Assembly: GCA_963758525.1 (NCBI GenBank)
Contig: CAVWVQ010000001.1
Location: 256,001-320,000 of the forward strand
Direction: 5' to 3'
Source: an uncultured Phycisphaerales bacterium
Lineage (GTDB): Bacteria > Planctomycetota > Phycisphaerae > Tepidisphaerales > Tepidisphaeraceae
DNA: 64,000 nucleotides
Shown here: piece by piece, positions 25,598 through 36,445 of the stretch
Position numbering within the stretch: the stretch's first letter is position 1
Layout of the letters: every line of letters begins with the position of its first letter
Position numbers and translations under genes: made by a program
Notes under the pieces: model-generated
What the model was told of the DNA's origin: nothing
What the model saw: the letters and a program-made list of their open reading frames with translations, nothing else
The model's database searches: none

Positions 25598-27853
25598 CTA
25601 GAACGTCACCTTAAACCCTCCATACACCGCGAACCCTGGCTCGCCGAAGCCGTCGACTTCCTCGTAGTGCTGATTGAACAGATTATCCATCCGTAGCGTG
25701 AGCGTCGCATAATCGGTAACGCGGTAGGCGGTCGCCAGGTTGACCACGACGTACCCCGGCACGTTGGTATTGGCGAACGTCGTCGGGTTGATATCCGGCC
25801 GTTCACTTTCATAGACGACGCCGACGGTGATCTGCCCCTTGCGCGAGTAATCCCAACTTACCTGCGCCGACGCGGCATTGGGCGGACGACGAAGCAGCTT
25901 GGTGTCGGTGTCGGTGTCACGCGCGTCGGTATAGGTATAGTTGATGCTCGCGCTGACCGTCTCCCATGGCCGGGCCGTCAGCCCCAGTTCGACGCCCTGG
26001 CTTTCGGCATGGCCGATGTTGTCTTCCTTGAACGTGGCGTTGTTGAAGTCGATCAGATCCCGGTAGCGATTGTAAAAGTACGTCGCGCTGGCCGTCAGTC
26101 GATCGTGCAGAAAGCTCTGCTCGACGCCGCCGTCGAATCCGTCGCTCTTTTCGGGCTTGAGATTCGGAGACCCGAATGAGGAATACAGATCCGACAGTGT
26201 CGGCACTTTGAAGCCGGTGCCGTAGCTTCCGCGGATCGTGGTATGGGTCGGCAAAATGTAAGCGCCGGTGAACCGCCAGGTGAGATCTTCGCCGCCGATC
26301 CTGAAGTCGTCGTAGCGTACGCCGCCGGTGAGGAACAAGCTTTTGTTGAAGCTGACGGCATCCTGCAGATAGACCGCTGTCTGATCGTTGGTCTTGTGCG
26401 GCGTCGTCGTCGCATTGAGATTCTCCTGACCGAGCACCAGGCCCGCCGTGAGAATCTGGTTTTCCGACACCTCAACGTCGTTCTGCCAATCGAGCTTCGC
26501 AAGGCCTCCATTGAGATGGCTGGGAAAGCTGCGCTCGGTGTCCTGCCGATCGTAATAGGTGTAGGAGAGTTTGTAAGTCTCGATCAATTTGCCGTCCAGC
26601 AGCTTCAGATGCGGCTGGATTCCGAAGAAGGCTTCGTTGTTGCGAAGCTGTGCCCCGATCTCGTCTCCGCCCGGCCCGCCGCCTTTGTCGATGTCGATGT
26701 CGCCGTACTGGTAGCGGGCGATGAAATCGACATCCAGCTCGGGGCTGATGTTCCACCCGAATTTCTCCGCAACGGAGCTGATGCCGTAACCGTCGGACTC
26801 AGGATTATCGAACTTGCTGTCGGCCGCGGAGATCCCCTGCGAGTTCTGCTGTGAGAGACTCAACGAATAATTGATCGTTTTGTTGCCTCCGCTGATGCCG
26901 ACTCCTTCCCGATAGGTGTTGAAAGATCCGTCTTCGGAATAGAAATATCCGCTCGGCGGCCCCTCGCCGCGTTTGCTCACGATGTTAATGACGCCGCCGA
27001 CGGCGTTGGAGCCCCAGAGCGTGCTCTGAGGGCCGCGGATGACTTCGATGCGATCGATATCGTCGACGGTAAGCGTGGAAAAATCGAAGGCGCGGGACGG
27101 CGAGGTCGGATCATTTGCTTCGATGCCATCGATCAGCACGAGCGTGTGATCCGAGTTGGCTCCGCGCGTGAAGACCGATGTGATCTGCCCCGGCCCGCCC
27201 GACCGCGTCACGTTCACGCTCGGCACATACCGCAGCGCATCAGACACCAGCGGCACCTGCTCGCGGTCGAGGTCTTCGCTTGTGATGACACTGACCGAGC
27301 TTCCCACTTCCGACGCCGGCGTAGGAACGCGGTTGGCCGTGACGACGACGGGAGCCACTTCTACCGTGGACGCCGGGGCGGTTGTTGGAGCGTCGTCGGC
27401 TAAGCCCCGCCGTCCGGTGAGGGTTGAGAGCAGGACGAATGTGAGAAGTGCTGGAAGAAGAGACGATTGAGGATTGCAAATTGCAAATTGCAAATTGCAA
27501 ATTCGGGGGAAAGTCGTCCAGCGCGGCCAAGGCGTAAAGGGAGAAGAGCCGCGAAGGCGCGAAGGCGCGAAGACAGCCGCGAAGGAAGAGCGGAAAAATC
27601 GCGTGCTTCCCCTCCTTTCTCGAAAATTTTCAATTTGCAATCCCCAATTTGCAATTTCCAATTCTCCCTCCCCGCCGCGCGATCGCAGCCCACCTGCTGC
27701 TCCAGGCTCCCCGCTTCCTGCTTCCGACTTCTGACTTCTTGCTTCCGGCTTCTCCCCTTCGTGTCTGTATTTCCCTAATCGCATTGCCATTCCCTTCAGC
27801 CCCAATCGCGTGGGGCAAAAGACGATCGGCCTCGCGGTGTGCTCATCGAGCAC
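25598..27853 (-). CDS. btuB: TonB-dependent cobalamin receptor (BtuB-like); true start uncertain
   Basis: VVVTANR TonB box, plug motif IDRIEVIRGPQSTLWGSNA, C-terminal Phe; downstream of a cobalamin riboswitch. Confidence 0.88.
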   Translation of the reverse strand: MLDEHTARPIVFCPTRLGLKGMAMRLGKYRHEGEKPEARSQKSEAGSGEPGAAGGLRSRGGEGELEIANWGLQIENFRERRGSTRFFRSSFAAVFAPSRLRGSSPFTPWPRWTTFPRICNLQFAICNPQSSLLPALLTFVLLSTLTGRRGLADDAPTTAPASTVEVAPVVVTANRVPTPASEVGSSVSVITSEDLDREQVPLVSDALRYVPSVNVTRSGGPGQITSVFTRGANSDHTLVLIDGIEANDPTSPSRAFDFSTLTVDDIDRIEVIRGPQSTLWGSNAVGGVINIVSKRGEGPPSGYFYSEDGSFNTYREGVGISGGNKTINYSLSLSQQNSQGISAADSKFDNPESDGYGISSVAEKFGWNISPELDVDFIARYQYGDIDIDKGGGPGGDEIGAQLRNNEAFFGIQPHLKLLDGKLIETYKLSYTYYDRQDTERSFPSHLNGGLAKLDWQNDVEVSENQILTAGLVLGQENLNATTTPHKTNDQTAVYLQDAVSFNKSLFLTGGVRYDDFRIGGEDLTWRFTGAYILPTHTTIRGSYGTGFKVPTLSDLYSSFGSPNLKPEKSDGFDGGVEQSFLHDRLTASATYFYNRYRDLIDFNNATFKEDNIGHAESQGVELGLTARPWETVSASINYTYTDARDTDTDTKLLRRPPNAASAQVSWDYSRKGQITVGVVYESERPDINPTTFANTNVPGYVVVNLATAYRVTDYATLTLRMDNLFNQHYEEVDGFGEPGFAVYGGFKVTF

Positions 27854-28004
27854 AGGGCAAGGCCGAAGGGCAAGCGATCAGCATGGCAGGCGGCGGGCGA
27901 ACGGCCCCGCGCAAATGCCAGAAGGTGGCTGTGGCCCCGGCCGTCCCGAGTCGCGAGGACGAATCCGAAACGAGCGGGCGCACAGTGCGCCGGTGCTCAA
28001 AAGC

Positions 28005-28215
28005 CCACAGGCCGGTCTTCTGGCTCAGGGAGGTGGTCTGCGTTTTCTCAACGCCGACCGTCGCCAGCCGCCTTCCGAAAAGGCCCTGTCCCAACGGACA
28101 AAGGCCAAATCGTGGCGTCTGACTGGCTCAAACCTCTCCATTACAGCGGCGCGTCCGCGGCGGAATTTCACCGCCTTCCCATCACAAGGTCTGCCTTTAA
28201 ACAGACCCCGAAGGC
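28005..28215 (-). promoter_or_regulatory. Cobalamin riboswitch
   Basis: GGGAAGGCGGTGAAATTCCGCCGCGGACGCGCCGCTGTAA...GCCAC...GGAAGG...AGCCAGAAGACCGGCC (B12 box). Confidence 0.92.
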
Positions 28216-28293
28216 TTCGCAGCCGCCCGAGGGCATCGGTACAGTAGCTATGTCGATTCGGATTGCAATCAAACGAAGATTCGAGTCCGTCCC

Positions 28294-28436
28294 GGGTGTG
28301 GCGCTCGAAAGTGGCGATCGGCTCCGAGTAGGGCGGGATTCATCCCGCCGATTTGTTGGCCGGCTGAGAAAACGGCGGGATGAATCCCGCCCTACGATCG
28401 CAAAATCTGCAATCGCCACAAATAAAAGTTACACCC
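28294..28436. mobile_element. 143-bp MITE, copy 2 (8-bp TSD TCCGTCCC)
   Basis: Identical to 14746-14888 but with a different 8-bp target duplication. Confidence 0.92.
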
Positions 28437-28611
28437 TCCGTCCCCCCTTCTCCGAGCGTGCTCGCGATGATTCATTCCTTCCCGCGTGCGCAGCACTCCG
28501 CAACCCGCGAGCCCTGTCGCTTTCCCATTACCCGCATTGACACAAATCCCCCATTTTCATACCCTTTCTTCAAGAGAGTCCCATCCTTCGGCGTACATCA
28601 TCGAGGTTCCT

Positions 28612-29604
28612 GTGGAAAAGCGTCATTTCCCGCTCTTTGTCTGGTACGGCGTCACCTCGATCTTCGCACTCATCATCTTTGGGATCGGAATTTACCTGGC
28701 GGCAATGCCGCCGCATAACTGGGGGATGCTCTCCGCAGGGGCGGCCAGTCTCGTAGCATTGGGAGTGACCTGGCCAATTGCCCGCATTCTCTCTTCGGCC
28801 AAGGTGTTGGATACGGCCGGCACCGAAGAGTTGCTCCAGCCGCTGACGGATCGGATCGATCAGATGTCGATCTTGCTGAACCTCATGAGCGAACAGCAAT
28901 TGCTCAGCGACCGGGCGAAGGTGGTTGCGTTTCGTGAGAAGGACCGCGAGGCCCTGCGGCGTGCGATCAACGAGGAAATGGCCAAGGGGGATTACGAAGC
29001 CGCCTTCGCGCTGGCCGACGACGTCGAACGGACATTCGGCTACCGCGCCGAAGCCGAGCGGCTCCGCAACGAAATCCGCAACAAGCGCCAGGAAGGCGTC
29101 CGCAAACAGATCAACGAAGTCGTGGCGATCATCGACCGCCACACGCGCATCGAACAGTGGAACGGCGCCATGCGTGAAGCCGAGCGGCTCATGGGCATGT
29201 TCCCCGACAACGAGCAGGTCAAGAACCTCCCGCACGAAATCGATGCCCGCCGCCAAGCGCACAAAAAGCAGCTCTTGCAAAGCTGGCAGGAAGCCGTCGC
29301 CCGTCACGATGTGGACGGGAGCATTGAAATTCTCCGTCAGCTCGATCCCTATTTGACCCCCGCCGAGGCCGAGGGAATGCAGGAGACCGCCCGCGGCGTG
29401 TTTAAGGAAAAGCTGAACAACCTGGGCGCGCAGTTCTCCAATTCCATCCGCGATCACAAGTGGCTCGACGCCATCAAAACCGGCGAGCAGATCATGCGCG
29501 ACTTCCCCAACTCGCGTGCTTCGCAGGAAGTCAAAGAAAAGATGGATGCGTTACGCCAGCGGTCCGCAGAACCCGCTTCGACCGCCGCTGCCGTGACGGC
29601 ATAG
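28612..29604 (+). CDS. Hypothetical membrane-anchored helical/coiled-coil protein
   Basis: Two N-terminal TM helices then helical repeats; GAGG RBS before GTG. Confidence 0.8.
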   Translation: MEKRHFPLFVWYGVTSIFALIIFGIGIYLAAMPPHNWGMLSAGAASLVALGVTWPIARILSSAKVLDTAGTEELLQPLTDRIDQMSILLNLMSEQQLLSDRAKVVAFREKDREALRRAINEEMAKGDYEAAFALADDVERTFGYRAEAERLRNEIRNKRQEGVRKQINEVVAIIDRHTRIEQWNGAMREAERLMGMFPDNEQVKNLPHEIDARRQAHKKQLLQSWQEAVARHDVDGSIEILRQLDPYLTPAEAEGMQETARGVFKEKLNNLGAQFSNSIRDHKWLDAIKTGEQIMRDFPNSRASQEVKEKMDALRQRSAEPASTAAAVTA

Positions 29605-29609
29605 AACTG

Positions 29610-29822
29610 ATGGTAGCCCCAGGAGCCACATCACAGCCCCCGAACATACCGCCGGCAAGCGCACCGGTGCGCATCGCCGGCTACGGCCCGGTGCGGTTCA
29701 CCGTGAAAGACACGCTCTGCATGGTGGCTCAGGGAATTCTTCCAGAAGATTCCACGATCGAACTACTCGATGGATCGCTGGTCTACCGCGATCGCTTTGG
29801 GCTGTGTGGAGGGGAGAGGTGA
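29610..29822 (+). pseudogene. Uma2-family endonuclease N-terminal fragment
   Basis: RFTV....MVAQGILPEDSTIELLDG then early stop. Confidence 0.65.
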
Positions 29823-29941
29823 GGTTTGGCCCGTTCTGCCAGTGGGAAAACCAAACAGGTCTATCTGTGGCCGCCACGCTCGTGGAAATGTGCCGCTGAG
29901 CGGTGCAACGGGTTGGCTTGGGCGGGTGCTATACTTTCCGC

Positions 29942-31041
29942 GTGAACGACGCGATCGTCATCGGCGCGGGCCCGGCGGGAAGTCTCAGCGCGCTGCTGCT
30001 GGCGCGAGCGGGTTGGCAAGTCACCATTCTCGAACAGCATGCATTCCCGCGCGACAAAGTGTGCGGGGAATGCTTGAGCGCGCGCGGGACCGATGTCTTG
30101 CGTCGGGTCGGACTCGCCGACGCCCTGCAGGCGATGCGGCCGATTGCGCTGGCCGGTGTCGCATTGCACGCGAGTAATGGACGGTCCGCCGCGCTGTCGC
30201 TGCCGCGGCCGATGACGGGGGTTTCGCGGCAACTGCTCGACGGCTTCCTGCTGGACGCGGCCGCGCGGGCGGGAGCGACGGTTCGCCATCGCGTGCGGTG
30301 CGAGCGCATTGAGCCTGCTGCGCGCCCCGCCGTTCGCGTGCGCGACCTTTCCAACAATGAGGTTCAGACGCTGGCGGCCTCGCACGTGATCCTCGCCGAT
30401 GGGAAAGGCTCGCTGCTGGGGAAGCCTCCGCCGCATACCGGCGACTTTGGGATTAAATCGCATTATGAAGGGATCGACGGACCGCGCGACGCCATCGAGA
30501 TGTTTGGATGCGCGGATTGCTATGGCGGCATCGCTGCCATCGAAAAGGATCGCTGGAACGTTTCGTTCTCCGTGCCGCGGACGCGCCTTGCGAGCGCCCG
30601 CAACGGGATCGATGTTCTGTTCGCGCAGCTCGTCGCGGAAAACCCGACGCTGCGCCGGCGCGTTGCCGCGCGCGGCGAGTCTCGCCCTGGGCGGCCTCGC
30701 CTGTCGCACGATTTGGCTCGCAACCGCCGATTGCCGCGAATCTGATTCGCGTCGGCAACGGCGCCGCGGCCATGGAGCCGATCTGCGGCGAGGGAATGGG
30801 CAACGCGCTGTGCAGCGCGGAGATTGCCGTTGAGGCGCTGCTGAATCCAAAGGGAGGAGCAAACCGCGATGGCCTTTCGCTGGACGCGCTGTCGCGCAGC
30901 GTAATCTGGTCTCTCCGAAGCGCTGCCTGCCGCGCGGGGGGCATTGTTGCAGCGTCGCCATCCGCATCCCGAGTGGCGCTGTCCGGGCTGCAACACTTCA
31001 GGCTCGGCGCCGTCATGCTCTGGGTTGTCGGCAAGAACTAG
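29942..31041 (+). CDS. FAD-dependent oxidoreductase (geranylgeranyl-reductase-like; frameshift ~30690)
   Basis: IGAGPAGS, FPRDKVCGE and VGNGAAAMEPICGEG motifs. Confidence 0.85.
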
Positions 31042-31122
31042 CCGTCCGGCTTGCATTCTTCGCGGCAATGTTGACCCTTCCCAAACGGATTGGTTTGACC
31101 CACAAGCAAGGAAGCGGGCAGG

Positions 31123-33002
31123 TTGATGTTCAGGAAACGCCTTCGGTTGATGATGCTGACGTTCGGGCTCCTCATCGGAGCGGTCATCGTGCACGGGGAT
31201 AACGCGCCCTCTGATCCCAGCGATGTCATTCTTAAATATCTGGGAGACACCATCGATTGGTATCGGCGGGTGACGTCGTTCGCCCAGGCGCCGGTGAATA
31301 CCGACGAGGTGCTCTTCCGCGACACGGTGGCGCAGGGAGCGTTGCAGACACTGAAGCTCGGGTTCACCTTCGCGCACGCCGATGCCGGTCTGCTGGCGGC
31401 CACCCGGAAGGCTTCGCCCATGACCGCGCCCACCACCAACGGGAGTTCCCTGCACAATGTTCAGCAGGCGGTCGATGCAGCGGCCGCGCGCGTGGCGCAG
31501 TTCCAATCTGAGTTGAACGAGATCGATCAGCAGTGGCAAACCGCGCCGCCGACCTCGCAGCCCGCGCTGCACTCCCGAAGAGAGAAAGTCTCGGCGGAGC
31601 TGGAACTGGCGATCCTTCGCCAGCACGTGCTGCAGGGATTTGCGGCCTTTTCAAGCGACCAGGGCGCTCGGGCGCCGGCACGCTCTGGCAGAAAGTGGAC
31701 GACTTGCAGCGCGCCGTGCCGGAGTCTTCCGGCGATGGCGCGGCCACCCCGCCGCTCTCCGCCACGCAGCAGACCATCGTTCCCGAATCGCTGGGCGTGC
31801 TCGGGCTTGTCGGGCAGCTTTTCACGCTTTCGCATCGCATGAGCGAAGTGAATCGCCTGATCGAGGAGACCGAGACGCTTGCCGACCGCAACAAAGCGCT
31901 GCGCGACCCGCTGCGAACGAGCCTGCTGGACGCGGTGCATCGCAGCGAGACGCTGATGAAGTCGCGCGATTCGGAAGATCCCAAGGTGCTCGATGCCGAA
32001 CGGCAGGAAATCGAAACGCTCACCGCCCGCTACAAGCTTCTCTCCGCCGCGGTCGTCCCGCTGGGCGAGCAGAGCTTTGTCATCGACGCGGCCCGCGACA
32101 ATCTGCGCAGCTGGCACGAAACGCTGGCCCGCGACTACTCGGCGTATCTTCGGTACATCATTCTCCGGCTTGGAGCGATGGCGACCGCCCTCCTGGTGCT
32201 GATGGGCATCTCCAAGGCCTGGCGGAGCGTCACCTTCCGCTACATGACCGACATCCGCCGGCGCAGACAATTTCTCGTCGTCCGCCGGCTCGTCGTCGGA
32301 GCCTTCATCATCATCATTCTGATCGGCGGCGTCGTCACCGAGTTCGGATCGCTTGCAACCTATGCCGGTCTGCTGACCGCCGGCATCGCGGTCGCGCTCC
32401 AGACCATCATTCTCTCCGGCGTCGCGCATTTCTTTCTGATCGGCCGCTATGGAGTGCGCGTGGGCGATCGCGTCACCATCACGGGGATCACCGGCGACGT
32501 CATCGAGATCGGGCTCTTCCGCCTGTACCTCATGGAACTGAGCGGTTCGCACGTCTGCCTGCAGCCAACAGGGCGCGTTGCCGTCTTTTCCAACTCGGTG
32601 CTCTTCCAGCCCTCGGCTTTTTATAAGCAGCTTCCCGGCGCGGATTATTCCTGGCGGGAAGTGGCGATGACGCTCTCGCCCGACAGCGATCATAAGCTCG
32701 CCGAGACGCAATTGATGAAGGCGGTTCAAGGCGTCTATCAGGAGTATCAGGCCACGATCGAAGAGCAGCACACGCGCGTGAGCAATGCGCTGCACTTTCA
32801 GATTCCAGTCCCGCATCCGGAGGGACGGCTTCAGTTTGTGGAAGGCGGGCTCGAGTTTGTCGTTCGTTATCCGGTCGAGCTGCGGCGTTCGGCAGAGATT
32901 GACGACAAGGTCACGCGGGCGCTGCTGCACGCCATCGAGGTCGAACCGAACCTGAAGCTTGTCGCTTCCGGCACGCCGACGATTCAGGCCGTCGAAGCGT
33001 AA
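31123..33002 (+). CDS. MscS-family mechanosensitive channel with periplasmic helical domain (frameshift ~31665)
   Basis: AGLLTAGIAVALQ...VRVGDRV...GDVIEIGL. Confidence 0.88.
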
Positions 33003-33964
33003 GACAACGTGCCGATCTGACGCGATGGGACCAGTGCGCCGCGCGCACGGACGCTTTGCAGATCCTTGCCGATCTGTTCGCGCAGCGCGTCGACGCTCGA
33101 GTATTTGCGCTGCTCGCGCAACCAGTCCGTGCAGTCCAAATGAAGTTCCCGGCCGTAGAGGTCGCCGGAAAACCCCAGCAGATGCGCCTCGATCTGGCGG
33201 GTGTTCCCGTCGAAGGTCGGTAATGTTCCCACGCTGATTGCTGCCGGATAATCCGTTCCGTCGACGACAGCACGCCCGGCATACACGCCATCTGCCGGCA
33301 CGAGCTGCTCGGTCACCTTGAGATTCGCCGTCGGCGTGCCGATCGTGCGCCCGCGTTGGTGCCCCGCGACAACCTCTCCGCGCAACTGATATGGACGTCC
33401 AAGGCAGATCGCCGCCTCGCGGACCCGTCCCAGCCCGAGCAGCCAGCGAATCAGCGAGCTGCTGACGGTGACGATGGAGCAATTGAGCAACACCGCCTGC
33501 ACCGGCGGCGCGACGTGCAGTTGCACGCTGCTCCCCTGGGCCCAGCTGCGCAGAGCATCCATGTTTCCCCCGCGGCCTTTGCCAAACGTGAACGACTCCC
33601 CTTCGATCAAGTGGGCCGGCCGCACATCTGTCACGATCATCTTCCAGAACTCCTCGGCGGTGAGACCCAGCACCTCCCGCGTCGGCGGCAGCAGCACCAG
33701 CGTATCCACCCCCGCCTCCTCCAGAATAGCCTGTTTCACCGGCAACGGCGTCAGCCGCGGCGGAGTCTCGGCCGGCCGCAACACCGTGAGCGGATGCGGC
33801 TCAAACGTCACGATCGCCACTCCCCCCGGCGAAGATGCCCGCAATCGATCTGCCATCGCCAGCAGGCTCCGGTGCCCGCGGTGAATCCCGTCGAAGTTGC
33901 CGATCGAAACGGCGGCGCCCTTTGCGAGCTGGCGGAAGCCGTCAAAGCCATGGCCGATGCGCAT
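32984..33964 (-). CDS. ribF: Bifunctional riboflavin kinase/FAD synthetase
   Basis: IGNFDGIHRGH, TFEPHP, GRTIGTPTAN and IEAHLL motifs. Confidence 0.96.
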   Translation of the reverse strand: MRIGHGFDGFRQLAKGAAVSIGNFDGIHRGHRSLLAMADRLRASSPGGVAIVTFEPHPLTVLRPAETPPRLTPLPVKQAILEEAGVDTLVLLPPTREVLGLTAEEFWKMIVTDVRPAHLIEGESFTFGKGRGGNMDALRSWAQGSSVQLHVAPPVQAVLLNCSIVTVSSSLIRWLLGLGRVREAAICLGRPYQLRGEVVAGHQRGRTIGTPTANLKVTEQLVPADGVYAGRAVVDGTDYPAAISVGTLPTFDGNTRQIEAHLLGFSGDLYGRELHLDCTDWLREQRKYSSVDALREQIGKDLQSVRARGALVPSRQIGTLSYASTA

Positions 33965-34047
33965 ACGGCATTTATAGGGTTTGATCCGTGAAACGTGAAA
34001 CGCGAGGGGACTCCGTATTTGATGGCGCATCGCGTATTGTGTTGCCG

Positions 34048-35202
34048 ATGCTGGGTCTGATTCTCTGCTGCGTCGGCGCGGTATTTAACGTGTTGACCGA
34101 CGCGTCTCGCAAAAAGGTGCTGGACCATCAGTTTGATGCGGCGCTGATCAGCCTGTGGTGCAAGCTGGTGGCGTTCGCCTGTTACCTGGCGCTGGCAGCC
34201 GTGCTGATCGCGCGCGGCATCAGGATGCAAATGCCCGCCATCGGCGGCACGCTCGGCATCCCGCCCGCGATCGCGTTTCTTCTGTATCTCCTCCTCAACG
34301 CGCTGTTGGAGGGGACTGCCATCCTTCTCAACTACCGGGCGCTCCAAGTCGCGCCGCTTTCCCTCTGCGTACCGTTTTTGGCCCTGACCCCGCTCTTTCT
34401 GCTGCCGATCGGCAGCATCTTTCTGCACGAAGCAATCACCGTCGGGATGGTGATTGGTGTATTGATGGTCGTGATCGGCTCGCTGGTGATCAACCGTCAG
34501 TTAGTCGCGAACGGCTGGCTCGAACCGCTCAAGAACATCTTTCGCGAACGCGGCAGCCGATACATGCTGATCGTCGCGTTCCTCCTCGCATGCACCTCGG
34601 CACTCGATAAATGGTTCGTCAACAGCTCCAGCGATACCCTGTTTGCTTCCCGCTTCTCCCGCTCGCTCACGCTCTCGATGGGCAAGTGCGTGATGCTCTC
34701 GATCTTCTTCACCAGCCTGGTCGTCGTCCGAAGCAGCGGCCGAAGACCATGGCGTGAATCCGCCGCGGCCGCGGGATCCGCGGCCGGTATCGACTGGGCT
34801 CGCGTGTGGCGGGTGGTTCCCGCCTGGCTGCTGGCGGCGGGACTTTTTGAGGCGGTGGTGATGGTGCTGCAACTCACCGCCCTGCAGTTCACCGTCGCGG
34901 CAATCGTCATCAGCATCAAACGCTCCGGCATTCTGCTTGCCTGCGCGCTCGGATGGTTCCTTTTCAACGAACGCGGCATCGTCGACCGCGTGATCGGATC
35001 ATTTGTAATGATGTCCGGCGTGTTGATTTTCTTCCTCACCAAGCCGGACGGCGCCGGCCACACCACCATCAGCGGCGCCGGAGCAATGGGTGTCGCGGCC
35101 ATTGCGCTGCTCGGCATGTGCGTGGCGCTCTATCTCACGCGCGACTTTCATAAGACGACCGCTCCCGCAGAGTTAATTTCGGAAGTTGAACTGGAGACGT
35201 AA
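34048..35202 (+). CDS. DMT/EamA family transporter
   Basis: About 10 TM segments; RALQVAPLSLCVPFLALTP. Confidence 0.85.
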   Translation: MLGLILCCVGAVFNVLTDASRKKVLDHQFDAALISLWCKLVAFACYLALAAVLIARGIRMQMPAIGGTLGIPPAIAFLLYLLLNALLEGTAILLNYRALQVAPLSLCVPFLALTPLFLLPIGSIFLHEAITVGMVIGVLMVVIGSLVINRQLVANGWLEPLKNIFRERGSRYMLIVAFLLACTSALDKWFVNSSSDTLFASRFSRSLTLSMGKCVMLSIFFTSLVVVRSSGRRPWRESAAAAGSAAGIDWARVWRVVPAWLLAAGLFEAVVMVLQLTALQFTVAAIVISIKRSGILLACALGWFLFNERGIVDRVIGSFVMMSGVLIFFLTKPDGAGHTTISGAGAMGVAAIALLGMCVALYLTRDFHKTTAPAELISEVELET

Positions 35203-35393
35203 TGCGCGCTTCGGGGGAAATTTTGGTGCTTGCTGCGCACGCATGGGGCCTGCTGCCGAGCACGCCCCGCATGCGCGCACGACGGAATCTCGTCTTCACG
35301 CGCGTCCCTCGCTCTTCCGTCTCCGCAATTTCACCTTCTGCGCGGCGGCAGATTCGGATATCGTTTCGCCTGTTCGATTCTACAGGAGACGAT

Positions 35394-36173
35394 ATGAAGC
35401 TTTGGATGGTTGCGATGTGTGGCATTCTGTTGACGGGATCAGCACAGGCGGCATTGAAGACCGAAGTGGTGAAGTACAAAGTCGGCGACGTCGAGTGCCA
35501 GGGATTTCTCGCGTATGACGATCAGGCCGGGAAGCGGCCCGGAATTCTCGTCGCGCCCGAATGGTGGGGACTGACGGATTATGCAAAGCATCGAGCCGAG
35601 CAACTGGCTGGTCTGGGATACGTTGCGTTGGCGATGGACCCGTATGGAGACGGAAAGACCACCGACGATCCGAAGGAGGCCGGGAAGCTGGCGGGCGCGT
35701 TGAAGGCTGATCTTCCCAAGCTCCGCGAGCGAGCCAAGGCGGCGCTGGACCTCCTGAGCAGGCAGGAGACGGTTGATCCGGAAAAGCTCGGCGCAATCGG
35801 TTATTGCTTCGGCGGAACAACCGTGCTGGAGCTCGCGCGCTCGGGAGCCGATTTGAAAGGTCTGGTGAGTTTTCACGGGGGCCTGGCGACGCCAAACCCG
35901 AAGGATGCCCAGAACATCAAGGGACGGATTCTGATCTGCCATGGGGCGGATGACAAGTTCGTCTCCGCATCCGAAATCGCCGAGTTCCAGCAGTCCATGC
36001 GCGACGCCAAGGTCGATTGGCAGATGAACGAGTACGGCGGCGCCGTCCACGCGTTCACCAACCCGGACGCCGACAAGCACGGCATTCCTAACATCGCCTA
36101 CAACGAGAAAGCGGATCATCGTTCGTGGCAGGCGATGAAGGACTTTTTCCACGAGGTTTTTGATGGGAAGTGA
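35394..36173 (+). CDS. Dienelactone hydrolase family protein (secreted)
   Basis: EWWG, GYCFGG and HAFT motifs; signal peptide. Confidence 0.93.
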   Translation: MKLWMVAMCGILLTGSAQAALKTEVVKYKVGDVECQGFLAYDDQAGKRPGILVAPEWWGLTDYAKHRAEQLAGLGYVALAMDPYGDGKTTDDPKEAGKLAGALKADLPKLRERAKAALDLLSRQETVDPEKLGAIGYCFGGTTVLELARSGADLKGLVSFHGGLATPNPKDAQNIKGRILICHGADDKFVSASEIAEFQQSMRDAKVDWQMNEYGGAVHAFTNPDADKHGIPNIAYNEKADHRSWQAMKDFFHEVFDGK

Positions 36174-36175
36174 AA

Positions 36176-36292
36176 CTGGTGATTGGTGAAGCTGGTGATT
36201 GGTGATTGGAACGTGACAGATGCGTCAAAGTGAAGACGTGAAACGTGAAACGTGAAGACCTCAAACGTGAGGACGTGAAACGTCAAGCGTGA
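36176..36292. repeat. Heptamer tandem repeats (GGTGATT)n and (ACGTGAA)n
   Basis: Visible tandem units downstream of the hydrolase gene. Confidence 0.8.
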
Positions 36293-36445
36293 AGGTTCGT
36301 ATCGCGTAGTGCGTACCTTCGCAAAGGTTAGCCGCGACGCGCAGCGGAGCGTGTATTTCTCGGGTCTTTGAGGGCATCGGGGGACCATTCAACGGTATTT
36401 TAGCGGAATGGGGCAACATTCGCGGGTTCCAGGTCGTATTTCGAG

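Noticed and set aside
7055..36292. Short repeat arrays as CRISPR
   Set aside because: Units are 7-8 bp and contiguous, with no unique spacers and no cas genes
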